A DNA stretch of 64,000 bases, from assembly GCA_964402515.1 (NCBI GenBank), contig CAYOCM010000002.1, positions 4,669 through 68,668 on the forward strand. Reading direction: 5' to 3'. Numbering within the stretch: the stretch's first letter is position 1; each line of letters starts with the position of its first letter. This document shows, piece by piece, positions 8,241 through 15,977 of this stretch. The notes beneath the pieces were generated by a model. It worked only from the letters and a program-made list of their open reading frames with translations, had not been told where the DNA came from and ran no database searches. The stretch is from an uncultured Ruminococcus sp. (GTDB lineage Bacteria > Bacillota > Clostridia > Oscillospirales > CAG-382). The translations under genes and the position numbers were made by a program.

Positions 8241-10041
8241 ACTCTATATTTATCGCCTGCCATGTAAGCGGCCCCACTATGCCGTCGACGTCCAGCCCGT
8301 AATATGTCTGAAATTCTTTTACCGCGCCTTCGGTCTGCGCGCCGAATATTCCGTCGACATCCAAAAGTCTTATCGAAGGCACGGCGTTTCTTATCACATT
8401 TAAAGCGTTCTGAATATAGCTCACATTTTCTCCCGACGATCCGCGCCTGAGCGGATAGCCGGGATATTGTTTTGTTTCGGCCGAATTTATATTATCGCCG
8501 CCGACCGCATAATATGTCTCGACAATCGCATCCCATGTCGCTTTGGGGATGTTGCCTGTTTCGGCCAGTCCGTAATAACGCTGAAAGCCCTTGACCGTCT
8601 CAAGCATATCTTCGGTGAATACGCCCGTTATCGCGACATCCGGCACAGCCTCTTGCCCCAACACCGAAGATATAGTGTGCAGATAATACTGCATTCTGAG
8701 CACCTCGCTGCCGCGGTCACCGAGTTGCAATGTCCTGCCGCCGAAACTGTCGCTCTGTTCTCTTTCGCCTTCGCTGCCGAGTTCCGCCAGTTTTTTGACC
8801 GCATTATATATGTATACAAGCCTATACCAGGTATTTTCGTCGACAATACCCGTTTCGTTTATGCCGAAAACTCTTTGAAACGCCTTGACCGCAAGTTCGG
8901 TATCATCGCCGAACACACCGTCCTGATATCTGATAAACGGTATGGACGGAAAATTTATGGCGACACGGTTTAAACGGTATTGCAAGAGCGCCACGCCTTC
9001 GCCGTTTGAACCTTTATACATTTCGCCGGGGAATGAAGGCGGCATCTGTGCCACCTGCGCAGACCTCTCGATAACATCTCTGCCGTAATAATAGCGCACT
9101 ATCTCGAGCGCATCGTATCCGCGCCGTGCCAAAGGCACCGTGCCCCACTGCGAAAGCCCGTCGCATATAACCGATGCTCCGTCGCAGTATTCGGCATACA
9201 GCGGTTCTATCGTCCCTTCGCGCACAAGATAAAGCGTAAACAGTTTGTCGGCCGCTTCATCTATCGTGTCGAATATTGCCCTGTCTTTTACAAACGACTG
9301 GTCAAACGCCGTCGATGCCGTTATGTCAAAATCATAGCCCTGAGAACGGTACCACTCGGTATATATGCGGTTCAGTGCAAGCGACGTTATGCACAAAATA
9401 TTTGCCTCAAGGCTCTGTTCGGGCCATGTGGGATATATCTCGCTTGACGCGCAGTTTTTTACATAATACAAAAACGGCACGGTGACGTTTTCGGCATTGC
9501 TGCCGGGCGTGCCCAGATGAACGGTTATCGTCTCGGGTATAGTCGGCCTTCGCTGATAAAGCACCTCTGCGGCGGGAAGTGCCGATATGTTCTGTTCGGT
9601 GCGCGACGAAGCAAGCGAAAACAGCTTGTGCGGCGGCGTGATTATAACTTTTTCAAAGCCGTCCGTCTGATCGTTAAAAGGCACCATTTCTATCTGCTGA
9701 ATGCTGTTTACACCGGCAAAAACCTGAATTCCCATTATATTCAGTGTCAGATATCCCGCAAGAATGATGCGCAGGTCGACCGATGTATAAGGCTTTGCCT
9801 TTATGCGCGGCGTTTGCGAATAAGCCTCGGGCGGCGTCTTTATAACAAATATCGCCTTGCCGTTTTTGTCGGTAACGATCGCCTCGCTGCCTGCCGCGTC
9901 CGACCTTATCACCGTAGCGTCGGCAAGCGGCGTGCTTGTGCCCTCTTTTATCAGGCGTATCTCAAGCGTGCCCGTATCTGTCAAAACAATCAACTCCTTT
10001 TGCTTTATTTTATGCTTAATTGTCGCCTTTGTTGCTTGCAT
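8224..10041 (-). CDS. peptidoglycan-binding domain protein (three PG_binding_1-like repeats)
   Basis: Three repeats of the type G..G..V..LQ..L......DG.FG..T..AVK.FQ...GL..TG.V....W are present, together with a conserved central module (VKNCASSEIYPTWPEQSLEANI...YTEWYRSQGYDFDIT). Confidence 0.75.
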   Translation of the reverse strand: MQATKATIKHKIKQKELIVLTDTGTLEIRLIKEGTSTPLADATVIRSDAAGSEAIVTDKNGKAIFVIKTPPEAYSQTPRIKAKPYTSVDLRIILAGYLTLNIMGIQVFAGVNSIQQIEMVPFNDQTDGFEKVIITPPHKLFSLASSRTEQNISALPAAEVLYQRRPTIPETITVHLGTPGSNAENVTVPFLYYVKNCASSEIYPTWPEQSLEANILCITSLALNRIYTEWYRSQGYDFDITASTAFDQSFVKDRAIFDTIDEAADKLFTLYLVREGTIEPLYAEYCDGASVICDGLSQWGTVPLARRGYDALEIVRYYYGRDVIERSAQVAQMPPSFPGEMYKGSNGEGVALLQYRLNRVAINFPSIPFIRYQDGVFGDDTELAVKAFQRVFGINETGIVDENTWYRLVYIYNAVKKLAELGSEGEREQSDSFGGRTLQLGDRGSEVLRMQYYLHTISSVLGQEAVPDVAITGVFTEDMLETVKGFQRYYGLAETGNIPKATWDAIVETYYAVGGDNINSAETKQYPGYPLRRGSSGENVSYIQNALNVIRNAVPSIRLLDVDGIFGAQTEGAVKEFQTYYGLDVDGIVGPLTWQAINIEFSRLV

Positions 10042-10096
10042 TTTGTGTAATTATTTGATAGAATTACAAAAGACCATTAATTCGGAGAGTGATATC

Positions 10097-11542
10097 ATGT
10101 TTGATGTACTTATCATAGGCGCGGGCATATGCGGCTCGGCGACGGCTTATTATCTTTCGCACAGCGATTTAAAGATTTGCGTTGTCGACAGAGAACCCGA
10201 CGTTGCCATGGGCACCACAAAAGCCAACAGCGCCATAATCCATGCGGGATACGATCCCGAACCGGGCACGTTGCTCGCAAAGCTGAATGTTGAAGGTAAC
10301 CGTCTGTGCGGCGAACTTGCAAAAGAACTCGGATTTGCTTTTAAACGCATAGGTTCTTATGTTTTGGCATTTTCACCCGAAGACGACGAGACGGTCAAAA
10401 AACTTTATCAAAAGGGCATAGCCAACGGCGTGCCGGGGCTTGAGATACACACAAAAGAACAGATAAAAGCAAACGAACCCAATGTTTCGGATTCTGTCAC
10501 TTCGGGGCTTTATGCTCCGTCGGCGGGCATAGTTTCGCCCTGGGGATATTGCCTTGCGCTTGCCGAAAACGCGGTGACAAACGGTGCCGAATTTGTTTTG
10601 GGTAACGGTGTTATGTCAATAGAACGCAAAGACGGTATTTTTTATGTCACGCTTGAAAACGGCAATGTTTTGCAGTCAAAATACATCGTCAACTGCGCGG
10701 GCATACACGCCGCCGAGATATGCGCCATGCTCGGTGAAAAAGAGTTTGAAATATTCCCGTCAAAGGGTCAATATTTTCTGCTTGACAAAAATCAGAGCGG
10801 CATAGTAAATCACGTTATGTTTCAGTGTCCGTCGGCGGTCGGCAAGGGCGTTTTGGTCTCGCCCACGGCGGGCGGCAACCTGATAGTCGGCCCCAACGCC
10901 GAATCGGACAGCCGTTTTGATGACCTTTCGACAGACGCCGAGGGACTTGATTTTGTCGCGCGCGCGGCGGCAAGAACCACGTCAAAGATCAACTATCGCG
11001 AAAACGTGCGCTGTTTTGCCGGACTCAGAGCAAATTCGGACAGAAGCGATTTTATCATCGAGCCTTCAAAGCACGATTCGCATTTTATAAACGTTGCGGG
11101 CATAAAATCTCCCGGCCTTTCGGCCGCGCCCGCTATTGCAAAATATGTCGTTTCGCTGCTTGCAGAGCAAGGGCTTGAACTTGTGCCCAAATCCGAAATA
11201 AAATATGCTCCGCGCCGCATAAGTTTTGCAAAGGCTTCGCCCGAGCAGCGCAAAGCGCTTATCGCCGAGGATCCGAGATACGGCACGGTCATATGCCGTT
11301 GCAACACGGTCACCGAGGCAGAGGTCGTGGCGGCCTGCCACAGCCTGATAAAACCCGTTTCGCTTGACGGCATCAAACGCCGCGCGGGCACGGGAATGGG
11401 CAGATGCCAGGGCGGTTTTTGCTCACCCAGAGTGCACGAGATAATCGCGCGCGAACTCGGCATTGCTTATGAAGACGTTATTCAAGACAGAATCGGCTCG
11501 CACATCGTGTGCGGCAGAATAGGGGAAAACAACGATGATTGA
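10097..11542 (+). CDS. FAD-dependent oxidoreductase, GlpA-like, with a BFD-type [2Fe-2S] domain
   Basis: N-terminal dinucleotide fold FDVLIIGAGICGSATAYYL, and a C-terminal segment CRCNTVTEAEVVAAC...GTGMGRCQGGFC. Confidence 0.8.
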   Translation: MFDVLIIGAGICGSATAYYLSHSDLKICVVDREPDVAMGTTKANSAIIHAGYDPEPGTLLAKLNVEGNRLCGELAKELGFAFKRIGSYVLAFSPEDDETVKKLYQKGIANGVPGLEIHTKEQIKANEPNVSDSVTSGLYAPSAGIVSPWGYCLALAENAVTNGAEFVLGNGVMSIERKDGIFYVTLENGNVLQSKYIVNCAGIHAAEICAMLGEKEFEIFPSKGQYFLLDKNQSGIVNHVMFQCPSAVGKGVLVSPTAGGNLIVGPNAESDSRFDDLSTDAEGLDFVARAAARTTSKINYRENVRCFAGLRANSDRSDFIIEPSKHDSHFINVAGIKSPGLSAAPAIAKYVVSLLAEQGLELVPKSEIKYAPRRISFAKASPEQRKALIAEDPRYGTVICRCNTVTEAEVVAACHSLIKPVSLDGIKRRAGTGMGRCQGGFCSPRVHEIIARELGIAYEDVIQDRIGSHIVCGRIGENNDD

Positions 11543-12800
11543 TTGCGGACTTGCCATAATAGGCGGAGGTCCCGCCGGTCTTGCCGCGGCGATAGCGGCT
11601 TATGACGAGGGCCTGCGCGACATAGTTATATTCGAGCGCGACAGCGAACCGGGCGGAATATTGGGCCAGTGCATACACAACGGTTTCGGACTTACCACCT
11701 TCGGTCTCGAACTTACCGGCCCCGAATATGCCGGCAGATATATAGCCGAAGCCGAAAAGAGAGACATAAAAATTCTTACCGACACCATGGTAATACAGCT
11801 CACGTCCGACCGCGTGATAACCGCCGTAAGCAAAAACGACGGCTATCTTGAATATAAGGCAAAAGCCATAGTGCTTGCCATGGGCTGCCGCGAAAGAGGC
11901 CGCGGCCCCATAAAACTTGCGGGCGACAGAGGCAGCGGAGTTTTTACCGCCGGATGCGCTCAGCGTTATATGAATATCGAGGGCTATATGGTGGGCAGAC
12001 GCGCCGTCATACTCGGCAGCGGCGACATAGGGTTAATAATGGCGCGCCGTATGACGCTTGCGGGCGCAAAGGTTCTGGCTGTTGCCGAAATAATGCCGCA
12101 TTCGTCGGGACTTTCGCGCAATATCGCACAGTGCCTTGACGATTTTGACATTCCTCTTTACCTTTCACACACAGTCACCGATGTCAAGGGCGACAGGCGC
12201 ATCGAAAGCGTCACCATTTCGCAGGTCGACGAAAATATGCGTCCCATCAAAGGCACCGAAAAGACTTATGAATGCGACACCCTGCTGCTTTCGGTAGGTC
12301 TTGTGCCCGAAAACGAACTCAGCCGCATGGCCGGCGTGCCGATAGACCCCCGCACTAACGGCGCGGTGGTTTATCAGGATATGCAGACGGAATACGACGG
12401 CATTTTTGCCTGCGGCAACGTGTTGCACGTCCACGACCTGGTCGACTTTGTCTCGGCCGAAAGCGCCAAAGCCGGTGCAAACGCCGCAAAATATATTATG
12501 AGCGGATGTCAAAACGCCGACAGAACGGATGCTTTGGATATCAAAAACGGCGACGGAATATCTTATACCGTTCCTCAAAAAGTGCTAAAGCAGGATGTAT
12601 CAGACAAACTCACCGTGTTTTTCAGAGTCAGACGCAAATACGATGCCGCGACTGTTGAGGTCATCTCAAACGGCGAGCGCATAGCCGCATTCAAGCGCAA
12701 ATATCTTGCCCCGGGCGAGATGCAAAACATTGTCCTGCCCAAACAGCTGCTGGCAAAAGCAAGCGGCAATATAATTATTAATATTTCGGAGGTCGAATAA
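11535..12800 (+). CDS. NAD(P)/FAD-dependent (pyridine nucleotide-disulfide type) oxidoreductase
   Basis: Contains GLAIIGGGPAGLAAA and a second GSGDIGL nucleotide-binding fold. It overlaps the upstream gene by 8 nt. Confidence 0.8.
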   Translation: MIDCGLAIIGGGPAGLAAAIAAYDEGLRDIVIFERDSEPGGILGQCIHNGFGLTTFGLELTGPEYAGRYIAEAEKRDIKILTDTMVIQLTSDRVITAVSKNDGYLEYKAKAIVLAMGCRERGRGPIKLAGDRGSGVFTAGCAQRYMNIEGYMVGRRAVILGSGDIGLIMARRMTLAGAKVLAVAEIMPHSSGLSRNIAQCLDDFDIPLYLSHTVTDVKGDRRIESVTISQVDENMRPIKGTEKTYECDTLLLSVGLVPENELSRMAGVPIDPRTNGAVVYQDMQTEYDGIFACGNVLHVHDLVDFVSAESAKAGANAAKYIMSGCQNADRTDALDIKNGDGISYTVPQKVLKQDVSDKLTVFFRVRRKYDAATVEVISNGERIAAFKRKYLAPGEMQNIVLPKQLLAKASGNIIINISEVE

Positions 12801-13141
12801 TGAAGCAGCTTGTTTGCATAGGTTGCCCCCGAGGCTGCCGACTTGAAATAGACGAAAACACGCTTGAAGTCAAAGGCAATTTTTGCCCCACCGGCGCAGA
12901 ATACGGCAAAAACGAGCTTGTTTCGCCTATGCGCACCGTCACCGCGACGGTTAACATAGAGGGCGGCATTCACGCGCGACTTGCCGTGCGCACCGACAAA
13001 GCCGTGCCCAAATCAAAAATGTTTGACGTTATAACCGAGCTTAACAAATACACCGCTCATTCACCCGTTAAAATGGGCGACGTGCTTATCAAAAACGTCG
13101 CCGGCACCAAAGCGAATATCATAGCGTCAAGAGATATGTAA
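12800..13141 (+). CDS. DUF1667 domain protein
   Basis: MKQLVCIGCPRGCRLEIDE...CPTGAEYG is typical of DUF1667. It is the third member of the conserved clostridial GlpA-like trio. Its ATG overlaps the upstream TAA. Confidence 0.8.
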   Translation: MKQLVCIGCPRGCRLEIDENTLEVKGNFCPTGAEYGKNELVSPMRTVTATVNIEGGIHARLAVRTDKAVPKSKMFDVITELNKYTAHSPVKMGDVLIKNVAGTKANIIASRDM

Positions 13142-13155
13142 ATAATCGCATATAC

Positions 13156-13191
13156 AAAAAATCAAGGTCAAATCAATGACCTTGATTTTTT
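13156..13191. terminator. bidirectional rho-independent terminator
   Basis: Stem ATCAAGGTCA (13161-13170) pairs with TGACCTTGAT (13177-13186) around a 6-nt loop, with an A-run before and a T-run after. It serves the convergent DUF1667 and pilin-like genes. Confidence 0.8.
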
Positions 13192-13240
13192 GTGTTATGG
13201 TGTATCAGACCAATTAAGGATGTTGTAAATAATTAATCCA

Positions 13241-15337
13241 TTATTGAATCCAATCATATCCGCCTGAAATCTGCGAATGTTTTGTTATTAATTGCTCATG
13301 ACTTCCGTTCATGACCGATGCCAAAGGACCTCGTTGGCAAATCGCATTTACGTTGTATATACAGAATTTGTTTTCAAACCTTGCATCGTCCGCTTTGATA
13401 TAAGTCATAACGAACAAACCTTGCGCTTCATTAGTGGGCAGATCGCCAAACGAAGGAATATTCAAACTTCCGTTAGCAAACAATACTGTATTATAAAGAG
13501 CTATATTGGAGATAGAATCCTCATCATAATCGTCTTCGCTTGTTTTAATAGTTAGCATATATCCGTTTAAATCAAAATATAACTCATCTAATATACAAGG
13601 AGGGTACGGATAGTTACACTGTACACCGAACATTTCAACAAACTCTTTTACACTAAGTTCAACATTTTGTGTAAGTCTGTAATAATAAGTTTTTTTATCG
13701 GTTTCATCATTTTCGACCTTGCTGGTTATATCATATCCGCTGATCTTGATTATTTCTGCATCGTCGGGGATAGCACTGTAATGATGGCAATCGCCATTGG
13801 TGCAGAAGCCGTCGGCGCCGTGGTTATGAGCGGCTTTTATATCTTCTTTGCCCTCGTTGTAAGTGCAGTTTTTGCACTGTTGATATTGGTTATGACCGTC
13901 TTCGGTGCAGGTTGGTTCTTTTGCCTGAATAGTTTCTAAATCGTGACCTGCCTTAATAAGCACATAATCGGTATCTTTTTCTCCGCAAACCGAGCACTTG
14001 TGATATGTATTCCAACCGTCTTCGGTGCAAGATTTAGCTTTCGCGTCAACTACAACCGACATATCATGTCCGGTAGCTTTTATGACCTCATAGCCTTTTA
14101 CGGCACTGCAACGCGAGCATTTTTGATAATCTTTATAGCCGTTTACGGTGCAAGTTGCATCTTGACCTTTTTGATCTCGATAATCATGTCCGAGAACTTC
14201 GGTAGTTTTAAATTCTGTATGTCCGCATTTCTTGCAGTATTTGAACTGAACGCCCGGAGTTGTGCAGTTTGCCTCGGTAAGCTCTCGCCACTCGGAATAG
14301 CTCTCGTGTTTGCAGTTTTCGATAACCGTTTCACCGGGAACCTCAATCTTAATAATTTCTTTTTCACCGGGAACTTCGACTATTACAGTTTCTTTATCGC
14401 CTTTTACTTTTTCAAAAGTCTGTTCAAAGAGTACGCAGTCGCACAAAGTGCATTTCATGGTAACTTTGTAACGTGTTTCGTCTATATCGGTAGTTACAAA
14501 CTCGCCTCCGATATGATCGTGATCGGGGTTAAGCATGTCACAGAAATAGCATTTGTTTTCTGAATTGTAAAGATGCTGGCTATAAAGCGCACCTTGGTCT
14601 TCGTCAATACCTACAACGTTTTCTTTTGCATCATGGAACATAGTTCCCGCAGCGGCTATGACCTTGCCGCCGGTTTTGGTAAATGTTCTTACAAATCCGT
14701 AAACGGTGACGGTGCCGTCTTTAACGGCAAGAGCGCCACCGTAGGTGCGAACTCGGAGTTCCTTGTCTTTGGCGTCAACGGTCACATTGATCTGACTGTG
14801 TCCGGCGTCAAAATTGCGGTCGATAACAGTGATTTCAGTGGCATCGCCGTTATAATAAATCGAATAGTTGTGCTCAAAACCGCTGACCTTATCATCGACA
14901 TAATAAAAGTTAATGACAGATTCTTTTGCCGTTTGCTTTTGCTCGTCGGTTACGATATCTTCGGGAACATAATTAACGGTTTTGCCCTCGCCGTCTTCGG
15001 CATAGCAGAATACATCGTTAACGCTGTCCCACAGGATATAGAATCCCTCGGTGGTCGGCTTGATAAGCGTTACGTCAAAGCCGTGCTCTTTAACGGCATG
15101 AACCGCGTCGTGCATAGTGTCGTGCTTGCCGTTTTCGGTCTTATCGAGCGCAAGAGCGGTATTAAGGTTGCGCACCAACTGCACGTCGGCACTTACGTTC
15201 GCCTTGTTAACAAGGTTTATAAACGTCGGGATAAGTACCGCGGCAAGAATCGCTATGACCGCAATAACTATCACAAGTTCGACGACCGTAAAACCTTTTT
15301 TTGTCTTGATACTTGTTTTCAAGTTTGTTTCCTCCAT
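13241..15337 (-). CDS. large prepilin-type N-terminal cleavage/methylation domain protein with Cys-rich repeats
   Basis: KKG|FTVVELVIVIAVIAILAAVLIP is a class III (type IV pilin) signal with Glu at +5. The likely true start is TTG 15322, because GGAGGA at 15334-15329 lies 7 nt upstream of it and it gives the leader MKTSIKTKKG. Confidence 0.8.
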   Translation of the reverse strand: MEETNLKTSIKTKKGFTVVELVIVIAVIAILAAVLIPTFINLVNKANVSADVQLVRNLNTALALDKTENGKHDTMHDAVHAVKEHGFDVTLIKPTTEGFYILWDSVNDVFCYAEDGEGKTVNYVPEDIVTDEQKQTAKESVINFYYVDDKVSGFEHNYSIYYNGDATEITVIDRNFDAGHSQINVTVDAKDKELRVRTYGGALAVKDGTVTVYGFVRTFTKTGGKVIAAAGTMFHDAKENVVGIDEDQGALYSQHLYNSENKCYFCDMLNPDHDHIGGEFVTTDIDETRYKVTMKCTLCDCVLFEQTFEKVKGDKETVIVEVPGEKEIIKIEVPGETVIENCKHESYSEWRELTEANCTTPGVQFKYCKKCGHTEFKTTEVLGHDYRDQKGQDATCTVNGYKDYQKCSRCSAVKGYEVIKATGHDMSVVVDAKAKSCTEDGWNTYHKCSVCGEKDTDYVLIKAGHDLETIQAKEPTCTEDGHNQYQQCKNCTYNEGKEDIKAAHNHGADGFCTNGDCHHYSAIPDDAEIIKISGYDITSKVENDETDKKTYYYRLTQNVELSVKEFVEMFGVQCNYPYPPCILDELYFDLNGYMLTIKTSEDDYDEDSISNIALYNTVLFANGSLNIPSFGDLPTNEAQGLFVMTYIKADDARFENKFCIYNVNAICQRGPLASVMNGSHEQLITKHSQISGGYDWIQ
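13820..14272 (-). repeat. four tandem protein-level repeats of about 40 aa, C-T-x2-G-x5-C-x2-C-x(10-12)-(G/A)H(D/N)
   Basis: aa 356-385 ANCTTPGVQFKYCKKCGHTEFKTTEVLGHD; aa 394-425 ATCTVNGYKDYQKCSRCSAVKGYEVIKATGHD; aa 435-466 KSCTEDGWNTYHKCSVCGEKDTDYVLIKAGHD; aa 475-506 PTCTEDGHNQYQQCKNCTYNEGKEDIKAAHNH. Confidence 0.8.
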
Positions 15338-15356
15338 AACTTAAAAATGTGAATAT

Positions 15357-15382
15357 GTACGCCTAACAGTATATTAGGCGTA
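15357..15382. repeat. left 26-bp inverted repeat (lox-like site: 10-bp arms, 7-nt core CAGTATA)
   Basis: GTACGCCTAACAGTATATTAGGCGTA is the exact reverse complement of 15505-15530. It is internally palindromic except for the 7-nt core. Confidence 0.85.
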
Positions 15383-15395
15383 CGTTTATGGTGTC

Positions 15396-15424
15396 ATAAT
15401 AGCAGACAAAAAACATTTTGTCAA
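15396..15424 (-). promoter_or_regulatory. near-consensus sigma-A promoter facing the pilin-like gene
   Basis: Read on the minus strand: TTGACA (15424-15419), 17-nt spacer, TATTAT (15401-15396). Confidence 0.65.
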
Positions 15425-15504
15425 TAGTTTTTACAATAAAAAATGAACTTTTTTAACAAATAGGCCTTTATTGATACTTGTTATCGTTTAATTTTGGTGT
15501 TTTT

Positions 15505-15530
15505 TACGCCTAATATACTGTTAGGCGTAC
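15505..15530. repeat. right 26-bp inverted repeat (core TATACTG, the reverse complement of the left core)
   Basis: TACGCCTAATATACTGTTAGGCGTAC. It is separated from the left copy by 122 bp. Confidence 0.85.
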
Positions 15531-15557
15531 GTTTTTATATTAATATAACACGCACAT

Positions 15558-15630
15558 AAAAACGCCGATATGCTTTTTGCATACCGGCGTTTTTAATTGT
15601 ATAAAAGGTCGTCACACGGACGACCTTTTT
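15558..15630. terminator. two tandem hairpin terminators downstream of the InlB-repeat operon
   Basis: Hairpin 1 spans 15562-15590 (11 of 12 bp paired, TTTTT loop) and is flanked by A5 and T4, so it can act in both directions. Hairpin 2 is GGTCGTC (15607-15613) paired with GACGACC (15619-15625), flanked by an A-run and a T-run. Confidence 0.7.
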
Positions 15631-15635
15631 ATATT

Positions 15636-15977
15636 TTAATCGGGTATTGTTGTTACGGTAAACACCTTGTTTTGCGTATCATACGCTATTGCGGCGGTAA
15701 AACCGTCGTATTTTTGCGAATAATCGGCATATTCGGGATTTGCTTTGATAAAACCGTCAAACATCTCGCCGTCGACACCGTCGTAATATGCGGTTACTCC
15801 GCCGTAAATGCCTTTGCTTATCTCGCGGCATTCACCCGGAAACTCGGGCAAGCCGTCGGGCAAGCTCGGTTTGGCAAGACCGTTGCTTATCAGCATAAGC
15901 ACCGCTATTATCACAACAAGCGCCGCCGCTGCCGAAAGCAACCATACCAATTTGCGCTTATCTGCCGCACTCATCAA
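15636..15977 (-). CDS. small membrane-anchored hypothetical protein
   Basis: One N-terminal TM helix (LVWLLSAAAALVVIIAVLMLI). Its ATG overlaps the upstream stop (ATGA), indicating translational coupling. Confidence 0.5.
   Translation of the reverse strand: MMSAADKRKLVWLLSAAAALVVIIAVLMLISNGLAKPSLPDGLPEFPGECREISKGIYGGVTAYYDGVDGEMFDGFIKANPEYADYSQKYDGFTAAIAYDTQNKVFTVTTIPD

Noticed and set aside
10046-10068. A 7-9-7 palindrome, TGTAATT-N9-AATTACA, in the divergent region upstream of the GlpA-like operon. It could be an operator.
   Set aside because: The palindrome is short and AT-rich in an AT-rich intergenic region, there is no regulator gene nearby, and the chance expectation is not negligible.
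15357-15383. The 27-nt hairpins interpreted as ordinary rho-independent terminators or REP-like elements.
   Set aside because: This is kept as the alternative hypothesis but is not preferred. On the minus strand, where the nearby genes lie, neither hairpin is followed by a U-run. The exact reverse-complement relationship of the asymmetric 7-nt cores is not required for terminators.
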